Of a stretch of 64,000 nucleotides of DNA, positions 19,475 through 29,726 are shown piece by piece. Each line of letters opens with the position of its first letter. Position 1 is the first letter of the stretch. The DNA comes from Acetatifactor muris (GTDB taxonomy: Bacteria > Bacillota > Clostridia > Lachnospirales > Lachnospiraceae), in NCBI GenBank assembly GCA_023663635.1, contig JAMPHD010000001.1, positions 390,383 to 454,382 of the forward strand. Reading direction: 5' to 3'. The notes beneath the pieces are model-generated. The model had not been told where the DNA came from. It made no database searches and saw nothing but the letters and a program-made list of their open reading frames with translations. The position numbers and the translations under genes were made by a program.

Positions 19475-20728
19475 CTATTTCGGTGTGATATAAAGGGTGG
19501 TGCCGTTTGCGCTGTAAGTTGTCTGTGTCCCGAGTCTGTTGTTGATATCATTGATCTGATTTTGAAGTGATACCAGGATGTCGTGGATGTGGTATCCTCC
19601 GGAATCATAGGTCGCGTTGGTTGCAGTGTCCGCATTTCCCTGCAGATTGCCGGCGAAAATCACGGCGCCAATCCGATTGAAATTACTGATATTCGGTTTT
19701 TCGCCATTGTCCAATTTAATCCCTTGAATATTCCCTGTTTTGACATATTTGTCGGATGCGGGGGCATTGGTTGGAGTTGTCGCTCCCGGAGCGAATCGGA
19801 ATTCAGCGGATTTGTAAAAATAGGTCTTATCTTCAAGACCACCTGCAATTTCTATGGATTTTGCGGCATGGAGATCAATATCCTGCGGGGACGAAAGACT
19901 CAGATCTGCTGTTAAATCTATCCAAGATCCCCCATTGGATTTCTGTTGCCCGCTTCGAATTGATATATTTTGGTTGGCTGATATTTCCACGTTATTACTG
20001 CTCACATTAACGCGGTTGTGGTCGTCGGTGAAAATTTTGATATCATTATCTCCAATTCTCACCGCACTGCTCCAATCGCCACTTGCGGTCCGAGTGCCAA
20101 TATCAAGCAGCGCAGACCCCTCCATGTCTATTTCATAGTTTCCGCTTTTGATCTTGCGCAGCTCGGTTATGTCATGGTTGTCCATAGACAGATCGCCCGT
20201 CAGTTTTCCCCCCGTAAGGGTTTGCGTATTATTGTATGGCGGAACCTGCCATGTCCCATCTTCTCTGAGATACTTAGACGTGCCTGCCGTAGTACCCGGC
20301 GAGGGAACCAGACCGGCCTTTGCGCCGGAGCCTGATTTTACAAAAATATCATAAGTTGTATCCGTTGTCTTAAATCCGCTGTCATTAGAAAGTTGGCTGA
20401 TCCTGGTAGGGATTGTCGGTCTGTTGGACAGATCGGTATAAGAACCGGTAAATGCCACAGTTTTTAAATCGGTCAGAAACTTCATTATCTTTCCAAACAG
20501 AATTGAGATCTTTTCACCGGATTTAATATTTTCTCTTGTCGCCGCTTGCGTAAAAGAAGGGGTCAGGTCATTTATGGACAGTTCTTTTTCGGACACCTTA
20601 TCAACCTTGAGATCCAATTTGTGCAGTTCAGAATCTATGATCAGATTATTTTTGTTGAAAACCTGAATATCATAGCGATCCGAAACAGCAGGGAGTTCCA
20701 AATTTTTATATTGACTGTATGTGGCCAT
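19475..20728 (-). CDS. phage tail fiber protein
   Basis: The N-terminus has a baseplate-attachment-like segment. Central repeats are Gly/Thr/Asn-rich. A C-terminal coiled coil ends in a tip motif. Confidence 0.7.
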   Translation of the reverse strand: MATYSQYKNLELPAVSDRYDIQVFNKNNLIIDSELHKLDLKVDKVSEKELSINDLTPSFTQAATRENIKSGEKISILFGKIMKFLTDLKTVAFTGSYTDLSNRPTIPTRISQLSNDSGFKTTDTTYDIFVKSGSGAKAGLVPSPGTTAGTSKYLREDGTWQVPPYNNTQTLTGGKLTGDLSMDNHDITELRKIKSGNYEIDMEGSALLDIGTRTASGDWSSAVRIGDNDIKIFTDDHNRVNVSSNNVEISANQNISIRSGQQKSNGGSWIDLTADLSLSSPQDIDLHAAKSIEIAGGLEDKTYFYKSAEFRFAPGATTPTNAPASDKYVKTGNIQGIKLDNGEKPNISNFNRIGAVIFAGNLQGNADTATNATYDSGGYHIHDILVSLQNQINDINNRLGTQTTYSANGTTLYITPK

Positions 20729-20759
20729 TGCTTATCCTCTCTTTTCAGATTTCTGTTTC

Positions 20760-22520
20760 TTACTCTCCGCCAATGGAGACCAGTTCATCGTGGCTGTGTT
20801 GCCCCAACGCACCGTGGTAATATCCGCATAATGTCGTATGCCTCCCGGCTTTTTTCATCAACATTTCATACGAAGGGTAAAAGCGATACATCGTGATGGT
20901 GGTCGTAAAGCCCGCAAAATCATGGGAAATGGAAGAGATAATGTATTGCTGCTCTCTGTCGGAATCACTGCGCCGATAGGATAGCTTTTTATTTACATCC
21001 AAAAACGGCAGCAGAGCGGTTGTAATGGTAATATGATCTGTCAGTCGGCAGTTTTTCCAATTTTCCCATTTGGCCCTGTCAGCCGCCAGATTGTCAGAGG
21101 TAATGTTGTCATATTCCCGGCCCGTCTTTACTTCGGGTATCTCGCCGAGCTTTTCCACTGTAAAAGGAGAGTCGGAAACGATGGTCAGATCCACCCGATC
21201 ACAGTGATGAAATTTTTGAAAGTATTCTTTGGAATACAGCTCGCAGGACGTGCCATCGGGAGCATTCACGAATCGGTTGCCCTTTTGGCCGTTCGTGAGC
21301 ACGTTCATGGCATGTACCTGCCACTGACCTAACAGACAGACTTTGGTCAAGGTCTGTCCGTCTGCGGGCTTTTTGCGGATCTTGAAGGCATACACCCGGT
21401 TTGGCCGCAATTCATCCGCCTTCACGGCCTCTTGGGTTGTCTCATGGTAAATACCAACGGCACCCAGCCCGTTGATATTTATTTGTGCGTTTGCTTCGTT
21501 GGCGGCGGGAATCTTCAGAGCAATCACATCTCCGTTGCGGTAATCGTCTTCGTATCCCGCGATATAGGCAGTATAGAGCCGATCGGCATAAGTGCAGTCC
21601 TCGCTGTAGAAATCCGTTTCGATCACCTTTCCCCAGACTTCACAGATATTTCTCACGGTGGTCATATCCACAGAGGTGTTTTCTGAGATCAATACTCTTT
21701 GCAGGAAATCATTGTCCAACAAAATATCATCCTCATAACACAGAGGTTTTAACTGACAGATGAAAGTATTGTTCTCCATATCAAAAAACATCTCATAGTT
21801 GGGGTATAGATCGCGGAAAGCGGTCAGAATGGAGAGTATACTGCAGCCTGCGGAGAATTCTTGGTCGAAGGGAATGGCGTTCCAGTTGTCATGCTCTTTT
21901 CGATACTGTTGCCAGTTGTCGTTATACTCAGGCATGGCTTGTGTTTCCCCCATGTCATCAATTCTGTGGTTGGTGATCCCTGCCAATGACTCAAGTGTCT
22001 CGATGACCGCATTGCGGATGGTGTAGTATTCCTCCACCTCCCCGGTCTCCTCATTTTCCCGATAGGCCGGATAGCGGATGAGGAGAGCGCCGGCCTGTCC
22101 GTTCTTGGAACCGTCCAATTTCCTGATAAAATCAGCACAGTTGATCGTAAGGTTATTGGTCGTGGCATCATATACCCCGGACGCGTCCGTATAGACGTAG
22201 CAACCCAAAGGATAAAATTTGTACTCACGGGTTTGGGCATGATACAGACCGATGGATATGCGTATATCCTTGTTGAGCCATAACAGGCTGTTTTCAGTGA
22301 GTTTGAGTTTGTCCTTCAAAGTCGGCTGTACCACAAAATTGGCAGTGCGCCGTATGTCTGACTCGCCGGATATGGACATACTGCCGGCGGTGAGGCCGCA
22401 TTCCAATGTCCCAATGATCCGTTGATCGGAGTCCAACACTTCAATCCGCAGCTTTAACGCGGGTGCGGCCGATTGCCGTAAGACAATCAATAAATCTTCC
22501 TGTGTAATCCTGTCTGCCAT
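20760..22520 (-). CDS. phage tail protein (Tal-like, siphovirus tail endopeptidase family)
   Basis: This 586-aa gene immediately follows a Dit-like gene in the order TMP - Dit - Tal typical of Firmicutes siphoviruses. It shares an ATGA start/stop overlap with the upstream gene. Confidence 0.65.
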   Translation of the reverse strand: MADRITQEDLLIVLRQSAAPALKLRIEVLDSDQRIIGTLECGLTAGSMSISGESDIRRTANFVVQPTLKDKLKLTENSLLWLNKDIRISIGLYHAQTREYKFYPLGCYVYTDASGVYDATTNNLTINCADFIRKLDGSKNGQAGALLIRYPAYRENEETGEVEEYYTIRNAVIETLESLAGITNHRIDDMGETQAMPEYNDNWQQYRKEHDNWNAIPFDQEFSAGCSILSILTAFRDLYPNYEMFFDMENNTFICQLKPLCYEDDILLDNDFLQRVLISENTSVDMTTVRNICEVWGKVIETDFYSEDCTYADRLYTAYIAGYEDDYRNGDVIALKIPAANEANAQININGLGAVGIYHETTQEAVKADELRPNRVYAFKIRKKPADGQTLTKVCLLGQWQVHAMNVLTNGQKGNRFVNAPDGTSCELYSKEYFQKFHHCDRVDLTIVSDSPFTVEKLGEIPEVKTGREYDNITSDNLAADRAKWENWKNCRLTDHITITTALLPFLDVNKKLSYRRSDSDREQQYIISSISHDFAGFTTTITMYRFYPSYEMLMKKAGRHTTLCGYYHGALGQHSHDELVSIGGE

Positions 22521-23449
22521 TATTTATTCCACCATTCTGTTGTAATTTCCGACAGTCCCAGATAGTACAGGTCTTCCTCAGAGTTTACATCTCCGACTTC
22601 CATCCAGGACCAGGATATTTGCCTGTCGTTGTAGGACCGATCGGCCGTGTCGGCAGGGTTGTCGGTCACTTGGATGATCCATAATCTGCCGTCCGGCAAT
22701 TTGAGAATCTTGGGTATGCCGTCGCAGAGAAAATCCATAAACTCCCGCTGATATTTAACCCGTTTGTAATCGTGCTTTTTACTATAGGCCGGCTCACAGT
22801 ACGCATCGTCCGCAAGAGGGACAAAAGATCCGCTGCAGTTGCCGGTTTCATAGTTGGCGATGGTATTACGAACCCAAACAGGATATCTGCCATTCAGCAG
22901 GGTAACGGCAGAAGAGGGGATATTGCGGGTGGTGTTGCACAACCCATCCGTCATCTCCGTGCCCCAGACAAGATTCCCCTCGATCAGAAACATCTTGTGA
23001 AATTGAGAGGTGACTTTAGTGGCGGCATAGGGTCCTTCACTGCCGTACAGCACGGGCACGATGGCATATTCCACCGGCTGTCCGGATGCCACGAAATAGT
23101 CCGGATAGTTCAGAACAAAATCTTCCACCGCATGTATCTCTTTGACGGCCAGGGTCTTCCAACGGAAATTTCCCTCTGTCCGACTCTTCAGGATGATATG
23201 GGATGTGGTCTCCGGACTCCAGTCTATGTTCCCGGCATTGGTGTTGTTTTCGAATCGTGCCCACAGCACTGTGTCAAAATCCCATTCCTCCGGACGAAAA
23301 CCTTCATATGCAAAATCCACGGCTGTGGTGATATAGAGATCATCGTAGATTCCCTCCTGCAGTTCCACATACCGGATGTCAGCGATGTCGGTGGGGGTAA
23401 GCGCGCAGGCCAACTCCCCGCCGATCCAATTACTTCCACAGATAAACAT
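22520..23449 (-). CDS. phage distal tail protein (Dit-like)
   Basis: It is 309 aa. Its position and size fit a Dit, and it is translationally coupled to the Tal-like gene. Confidence 0.6.
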   Translation of the reverse strand: MFICGSNWIGGELACALTPTDIADIRYVELQEGIYDDLYITTAVDFAYEGFRPEEWDFDTVLWARFENNTNAGNIDWSPETTSHIILKSRTEGNFRWKTLAVKEIHAVEDFVLNYPDYFVASGQPVEYAIVPVLYGSEGPYAATKVTSQFHKMFLIEGNLVWGTEMTDGLCNTTRNIPSSAVTLLNGRYPVWVRNTIANYETGNCSGSFVPLADDAYCEPAYSKKHDYKRVKYQREFMDFLCDGIPKILKLPDGRLWIIQVTDNPADTADRSYNDRQISWSWMEVGDVNSEEDLYYLGLSEITTEWWNK

Positions 23450-23454
23450 ACTTT

Positions 23455-24486
23455 TTAATCACCTCCCACGAAAGCATTTAGTTGCCAGACATTGCCCCGA
23501 TGTCTGAGGATAATGGACACCATGTCTGAATTGTCAAAGAGCATTTCATCCGAGTACAGAAGATACCGGGATGCCCCGACAGGCACCAACAGGCGAAATC
23601 TCAGTTTTCCGTTGGTATAAATGCGCGAGCTCAAGACCGGACCCTGACCGCCGTTTTTCATTTTAAACAGCTCGGCAGTCTGCCACAGATTTGTCCCCCG
23701 TATGAGGACCGTGAAATCGTCCGGGATCACAAAGCCTTTGTCATAGTATAGTGTCCTGTTTCTGAGGTCGATCATACCGTCCGTATACTCGAAGGAATCC
23801 GTACCGTTGTACTGAATGACGATCAGATTGCCGGACACCTGTATGCAGCCCTGAGACGGAAGGGGAGTGGCATAAATGCGCGCGTAAGTGTTGGGATTTT
23901 CATATTTCACCTGAATTTCCACATATCCGGTGTCCAATTCCATTCCGTTTACCGTCATTCCGACACAGCGGATATAGTAGAAAGTATTATTGTCCAATCC
24001 CCTGTAGGTATAACTGATGTCCCGGTCGTCTGTCAGTTCGTCACTGGCGGCCAATTGTTTCTTGGACATATCATACAGATAGAAGACATATTTGCTGATC
24101 TTTTCCCAGTCCTCGGAATAGTAGTGTACGGTCGCGGTGAATGAGGGATTGGAGATCACGGGATCGTCACCCGGATTGTCAAAACGGAACTCCGGTGTCG
24201 CAAAGGTCCTAAAAAGCACTTTGTCGGACAGGGCGGACGGGATGTTCTCCGCATCATAGATCTGTGCCTGAATGATATATTGGCGATTATTGGTCAGAGT
24301 GTAAGCCGGTACGGTATGTCTCAGCGTATAAGAAGATACCGTGTCGTCCCAAACCACCTGATTGGTGTCGTTATCCGATATGATAATGCGATTGGTCTGC
24401 GCCCGGCTGCCTGTCCATGAGATGGATATCTCAAAGCTGTTGTTGGCGTCAAAAGGGTTGATTTTGGATATGATAGGACGTGCCAT
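23455..24486 (-). CDS. phage tail component (hypothetical)
   Basis: A 343-aa beta-rich protein lies between the TMP and the Dit-like gene. Confidence 0.5.
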   Translation of the reverse strand: MARPIISKINPFDANNSFEISISWTGSRAQTNRIIISDNDTNQVVWDDTVSSYTLRHTVPAYTLTNNRQYIIQAQIYDAENIPSALSDKVLFRTFATPEFRFDNPGDDPVISNPSFTATVHYYSEDWEKISKYVFYLYDMSKKQLAASDELTDDRDISYTYRGLDNNTFYYIRCVGMTVNGMELDTGYVEIQVKYENPNTYARIYATPLPSQGCIQVSGNLIVIQYNGTDSFEYTDGMIDLRNRTLYYDKGFVIPDDFTVLIRGTNLWQTAELFKMKNGGQGPVLSSRIYTNGKLRFRLLVPVGASRYLLYSDEMLFDNSDMVSIILRHRGNVWQLNAFVGGD

Positions 24487-24531
24487 ATCTTGTTCATCAC
24501 CTTCCTGTCTGTATATTGCTGTATGTAATTT

Positions 24532-24789
24532 TTATAGTATTCCGCAGATGTGGATGCCGTTCAGGTCTCCGCAGGGCTCTTTGACCCACACCTTCTGTCC
24601 GGCGCTCAAATGAACATCGGGGATGCTGCATCCGACAATCCTCTCGCTGCCGGTCTCATCCAAGACCGTGAATCCTTTGGCACCGGCCCGCAGGATGACG
24701 GACCGGTAGGTCCGGTCCGCCTTGTACTCAGCTGCCTTTCTGTCGATCATGGTTTGAATTGATTTGAGGATTTCCGCTTTAAAATCCAT
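24532..24789 (-). CDS. small hypothetical phage protein
   Basis: An 85-aa ORF on the same strand in the tail module. Confidence 0.35.
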   Translation of the reverse strand: MDFKAEILKSIQTMIDRKAAEYKADRTYRSVILRAGAKGFTVLDETGSERIVGCSIPDVHLSAGQKVWVKEPCGDLNGIHICGIL

Positions 24790-25009
24790 TGCGATATCAC
24801 CCCCTTGGAATAGGTATTTGAGGACATATTAAAAGAGCAGAAGAATATGGATTCTCCTGCTCCTTTAAATAGGGTGTTATTGTTGGTAGTTACCCGGATA
24901 TTACGAAATTAAGCAATGTGTACGTCCGCAAAAATCATTTTTCCTCTCATTCCCATATCCTCCTTATCATTGATTATATAATACCATTTTACGTTGCTAA
25001 AATCAACAA

Positions 25010-26074
25010 CTATTTATCCAATAGCACAACGGTTACGCCATCATACCTAAAAATCCAGTCGGAAAAGCAGATATTCACATTTGAATCTGAGCTATTATTG
25101 GCAGAATCATCCGCGTTATCCAAGAAACCGAAGGCATCCACTGCAAGCCGATATTTATCTTGTTGTATTACGGAATAGATCAATGAAAAATTTTGGCAGG
25201 GTTTGCCGACCCGAAAGGTGGAAATCCTGTCGTCTTTGGATGTTCTGGTGACATATTTCACACTTACGGTCGTTTCTTTTTGGTTGTTGATTTCGATAGG
25301 TTTTTTGTAAACATATTCCATAGAGGAATCATATTGATTCTGCTCATCCAAGTGACGCATTTTAGGATCCTCCCCCAGGCCATAGTCATCGGATGAGATT
25401 GAGACACCATTAATTTCCACCGATTCTATTTCATATGGCTGTAAACCGGAAATGGTCTTGGATTTAAATTGCCCCAAACTATAGTTCGTGATCGTGAATG
25501 TGTTCTCATAAGATTTTAATGAGACTTTTCGGGTAATCACTTTCTCTATATAAGTTTCTTTAACATTGCATGAAACGACAAAGGTGCAGTTGCAGAAATA
25601 ATAGTCGCGGATGGTATCTATCAGTCGGGACCTTATGTTTTGAAACATATTGTGTACACTGTCATAGGGAAAGAATAACCGCCGTTCCAAGGCGTTACAC
25701 ATGGCAGTTTGTATGTCGGCCGGTAAATTCTCATAAAATTCCGGCGCGGAGACTACATCATTCATAATGATATCCGATACCAACGCATTCTTGGAGTTCA
25801 CTTCTATCAAAAGCCCTAAGAGTAAATTTGCTCCAAACAGAGATATAAAGATAAGCAATATGTCCTTTCCGGTCTGTAGCATTGCGATCTTGGTGGTATC
25901 CATGGATTGGGCTTGTACCATGCCTTCTATATTTAAAAAGAAGGTGCATAATATATACGCGATCGCACAGATTACCACCAAGGCAACGGATAAGTATATG
26001 GAACTTTTCTTTATGTAGAACTTTTGAATAAGTTTTGACATTTTAGCGTCTCCTATGTTCTGTAATGCAATCAT
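25010..26074 (-). CDS. AT-rich moron: membrane-anchored protein (2 N-terminal TM helices plus a soluble domain)
   Basis: It has strikingly low GC compared with neighbours. It is inserted between the TMP and the distal tail genes. Confidence 0.55.
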   Translation of the reverse strand: MIALQNIGDAKMSKLIQKFYIKKSSIYLSVALVVICAIAYILCTFFLNIEGMVQAQSMDTTKIAMLQTGKDILLIFISLFGANLLLGLLIEVNSKNALVSDIIMNDVVSAPEFYENLPADIQTAMCNALERRLFFPYDSVHNMFQNIRSRLIDTIRDYYFCNCTFVVSCNVKETYIEKVITRKVSLKSYENTFTITNYSLGQFKSKTISGLQPYEIESVEINGVSISSDDYGLGEDPKMRHLDEQNQYDSSMEYVYKKPIEINNQKETTVSVKYVTRTSKDDRISTFRVGKPCQNFSLIYSVIQQDKYRLAVDAFGFLDNADDSANNSSDSNVNICFSDWIFRYDGVTVVLLDK

Positions 26075-26118
26075 TATATATCAACATCGGAGAAAATGCT
26101 ACTGTTTTCGACATATTT

Positions 26119-29100
26119 TTATCTTCGGATCATACTCTGTTGTTCCGCGTACAAATGAAATCCCCTGAACTTCTCATTCAGCGCGACGCCCACCTGCTCC
26201 GCAACCTCTCGGTCGGTGATGCCGGGGCAACTGATGTGAATATCCCCTATTTGGACATTGGGCTGTATGCTGCGGGTGTTGACGGAATCCGCGTGCATCC
26301 GGGAAGTCATCTGCTCCATCTGCCGCTGTCCGTCCAATATTGCATTGCTGACGAGGATTTCCCCGTCATTCAGAATCCGGGATACTAACGGCTCAAAGGC
26401 TTTCTGCAATTCCCATATACGGTCGCCGGGTTGAAGAGGACGCAGCATGTGTCCGTCGGATGTGATGATCGGTTCCGAGAGGGTGATGGATTCGGCTGCA
26501 GGATCAATCGGCTGTGTCTGTCTGAGTCCCGCCGCAAGGCGACTGATCTGTTCGGGGGTTGCCACCGCCTCGCCCTCCTTGAGGATAGCGGGCACTTCCC
26601 GGTTGCCCAGTCCGACTTGTCGGACGAGTCGAAAGTCTTCGTCGAAACTATGGCTGCTCACGGGTCCCTGCCGCAGACCGGTGTGATATCTGGAGCTGTT
26701 AAGGACGTAATAGGAAGGCTCTGTATCGGGAATGTTCCTGCTCAGTTTGGCGGCATATTCTTGGGCGGTTGAGAGTGAATCAAAGGTTCGGACCGTTCGC
26801 GCCGTACTTTCGTCCACCACTTCATAGGTGGGAGGATTCTTTGCGACGGACGCGTTCCCCATGTTACCTTCCGCACCCTTGGCCGCCTCTCGGGCGGCTG
26901 AGATTTGCGCATTGGCGGATTCCCATGCGGCATCTGCCATGGCCTGTTGGATGGAGATATACTCGTCCCTAAATTGGCTCAGGGTGTCGAGACGGCAGTT
27001 CAGGATGTCGCTTTCCCATTCCTGCCCGAGGATCTGAGCGGCAATCAGGTTCTCCTGATTTTCTTCGTATGCGGAAGTGATGTCATTCCATTGCTCCCTG
27101 TATTCCCGAAGGCTGTCGATCATGTCGTCGATGGCGGCGGTCTCGGCATCGCGGGCCTGTTCCAGTTCGGTGACGCCCTTTTCAATTTTTGAAATTCGAA
27201 TCTCGTATTCGGCGTTTTCAACTGTGGTCTCCGCGTCTCGAAGGGCGGCCTCATCGGTCACATAGCGCATCCCTCCGTCTTCGGAGTAGACCAGGGCGGT
27301 TCTTTGGTTCTTGGCCCGTTCCAAATTATAGAGGGCTTTCTGAAGATCAAGTTGCCTCCGGCGTTCGCTGTTGGCATCCTGCAGGAGATTTTTCTGTTCC
27401 TCCAGAGCATCGATCCGGGTCTGCCAACTGTCCGAGATCGCGGCCTTTTCTTTCTCGAGACTGTTGATCTCTCTGTCAATCCTCTTGGTGACCGCATTGA
27501 TCGCCTTGTCCCGGTAGGACAATTCCTGCGCATAGTGGTTTTCCAGATAAGAATAGTATTCGTCCGCGGAGATTTTGCTCTGACGGTAATAGTCTTCGAT
27601 GAGAGCCAGACGGTCGCGGATGTAGTCTTTAAAGTCCGTATAGCCGGCCTCCATCTTCTTGTCCAGGACGGTGAGTTCTTTGTCGAGAAGGTCGCTGAAA
27701 GAGCGGGCGCTTTCGACTGCATGGGATGAGGCAGCGGTGAAATTGTCTGCCAATCCTGTGGTGACGTTGTCAAAGAGTATGTTGATTTTGTTGATATCAC
27801 CGTACATTTTTGCCGTCACGGCATCATAGAGTTGCTGTGACAGTTCCCCGGATGCAAGGCGGGCATCCAATGATGCCTTGGCTGAGAGCATGGATGTACG
27901 CGCCAGTTCTTCAAAGGATTCGGCAGTCGCATAGTTTGTGGATGCCAGATACAGATTGGCATCCGCATTATTGCGGATTTGTTGTACATTGTCGATCACA
28001 TTGTTTAATGCCCTGACACGCATTTCTTCCAAACGCAATCGGGTGAGTTCCTCCAACGAGTCGCAGTTGAGGCTTAGGGCGCCGTTTTCCTCCGAGAGAT
28101 AATCCAACCAGTTGTCGCCTAAGACCATCACGGATTGTAAAGTATCCGTTGAGATGGCACCGGTCTGTTCGTATTCATCGATGGCAGAAGACAGGACCCG
28201 ATATGCATTTTGGACGTTGTCAACGGATTCGGATATTTTACCGAGGGAGGTTAGGATGTTATCCGCATTTTGGAGAGAGAAAAGGTCAGGAAAAGATGCC
28301 TCCGGCGCCGGGAACTGCAATTGCCGGTCGGCAATGGCGGTAATTTCGTCATAGAACTCCCGGAATATGTCGGAACCTTCGCTCACGATCAGTTCGCTGT
28401 CCCTGATCGCCGCGTTTAACTTCGGAAAGCTCTGTAATACCTCAGGAGACAGTTCACCGGCTTTAGCCATGGCGATTAATTCTTCTTTTGTTTTCTCCAA
28501 GCCCTTGGTATCAAAAATTGAATCAAATTCAAGACTGTTCCAAGTAGCAGGGCTATAAAACTCATAGATCATCTTCTGTACTGAAGAAAGATAATCGTAG
28601 GTGGCCTGTTCATCTTCGGTCAAGTCACGAACACTTGCGATATCCAGAATGTTTTGCTTATATTCGGAGATAGAAGATAACATTTCCCGGCCTTGAGATT
28701 TAATCAGATCGGTTTTTGCTTGAACCAGATTAGCAATCATTGATTCATATATTTGAATGTCTGTCCCGTCAGTCAATTGCTCTTTGGTTTCATTAAGATA
28801 TTGCAGCATAGCCTCAATATCTACAAGATTATCTTCTAAATCAAGTTGAATGCCTGAAATATTTCCGGTAGATAATTGTTGTTTTAGCGCATCCACCGAA
28901 CTGTTGCCGATGGAATTTCCAAACTGTTTGTTGAAAGTTTCCCTGCTTTCCTTATACAGATCCTCGGCAGCCGATAATTGATCGTCCTGTTTTAGCTGTT
29001 TTTGCAGTTCCAATTCTTTGGTTACTTCACGAAGCCTGTCTAATTCTTCCTGTTCCACCCAAGTCAGATTGGGTAATTCCTCTAACTCTTTGATGGCCTC

Positions 29101-29673
29101 ATTGGTATTTTGGAGTTCGGTTTCTACTTCTTTGAGCTCGTTTCCTACATCATTCCAGGCATCTTTTGCGTCTTTTAACTTCTCTTTGTGTTCTTCAAGG
29201 GTTACATCTATTGCGTCATGTAACTTGTAAATTCCAAAGGTAAGCGCACCGATAGCCGCAACAACGGCTGTTGCCAATCCGACAGGATTTGTGGTCATCC
29301 ACGTCCACATGGCTTTGGTTGTGTTTTTGATAGATATACCTAAGCCTTTAAATGCTGTACCGAGTCCGAGAGTCGTACTTGTTGAGGTAGCTTGAGAGGC
29401 GGATAATGCTGCTGTAGACAAAGCGGTTTCGATTTGTTCTGTGTTCAATGTAGTTGTTTGAAGAACCTGTCTTGCTTGTGTTTCAGAAAATACCCCTTGA
29501 TTAATAGTAGCAATAAGTATTTCGTTAGAATATTTTTGTGTTGATTTAGATAATGCATCAATAATAACCTTATTCTTTGCTAAATTACCGTCTGGTATAT
29601 ATGAAAATTTATTAAATGTTTCATTTATAATGCTTGTTGCTTCAGATACTTTGGCGAGATCTTTTAGTTGCAT
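26119..29673 (-). CDS. tail tape measure protein, large C-terminal portion (1184 aa); the 5' third is compositionally AT-rich
   Basis: It has long coiled coils, an internal TM segment and a typical TMP C-terminus. Its position before Dit/Tal fits. GC content changes abruptly at about 28.35 kb. Confidence 0.78.
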   Translation of the reverse strand: MQLKDLAKVSEATSIINETFNKFSYIPDGNLAKNKVIIDALSKSTQKYSNEILIATINQGVFSETQARQVLQTTTLNTEQIETALSTAALSASQATSTSTTLGLGTAFKGLGISIKNTTKAMWTWMTTNPVGLATAVVAAIGALTFGIYKLHDAIDVTLEEHKEKLKDAKDAWNDVGNELKEVETELQNTNEAIKELEELPNLTWVEQEELDRLREVTKELELQKQLKQDDQLSAAEDLYKESRETFNKQFGNSIGNSSVDALKQQLSTGNISGIQLDLEDNLVDIEAMLQYLNETKEQLTDGTDIQIYESMIANLVQAKTDLIKSQGREMLSSISEYKQNILDIASVRDLTEDEQATYDYLSSVQKMIYEFYSPATWNSLEFDSIFDTKGLEKTKEELIAMAKAGELSPEVLQSFPKLNAAIRDSELIVSEGSDIFREFYDEITAIADRQLQFPAPEASFPDLFSLQNADNILTSLGKISESVDNVQNAYRVLSSAIDEYEQTGAISTDTLQSVMVLGDNWLDYLSEENGALSLNCDSLEELTRLRLEEMRVRALNNVIDNVQQIRNNADANLYLASTNYATAESFEELARTSMLSAKASLDARLASGELSQQLYDAVTAKMYGDINKINILFDNVTTGLADNFTAASSHAVESARSFSDLLDKELTVLDKKMEAGYTDFKDYIRDRLALIEDYYRQSKISADEYYSYLENHYAQELSYRDKAINAVTKRIDREINSLEKEKAAISDSWQTRIDALEEQKNLLQDANSERRRQLDLQKALYNLERAKNQRTALVYSEDGGMRYVTDEAALRDAETTVENAEYEIRISKIEKGVTELEQARDAETAAIDDMIDSLREYREQWNDITSAYEENQENLIAAQILGQEWESDILNCRLDTLSQFRDEYISIQQAMADAAWESANAQISAAREAAKGAEGNMGNASVAKNPPTYEVVDESTARTVRTFDSLSTAQEYAAKLSRNIPDTEPSYYVLNSSRYHTGLRQGPVSSHSFDEDFRLVRQVGLGNREVPAILKEGEAVATPEQISRLAAGLRQTQPIDPAAESITLSEPIITSDGHMLRPLQPGDRIWELQKAFEPLVSRILNDGEILVSNAILDGQRQMEQMTSRMHADSVNTRSIQPNVQIGDIHISCPGITDREVAEQVGVALNEKFRGFHLYAEQQSMIRR

Positions 29674-29726
29674 GATTTAACAAAAACATTTATAATATTT
29701 TCTATAATTATTAAGGAGATAATAAT

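Noticed and set aside
17765-20728. Possible diversity-generating retroelement targeting the fiber tip
   Set aside because: No reverse transcriptase or template-repeat/variable-repeat pair with adenine-specific mismatches was found. The duplication is better explained as an alternative tip cassette.
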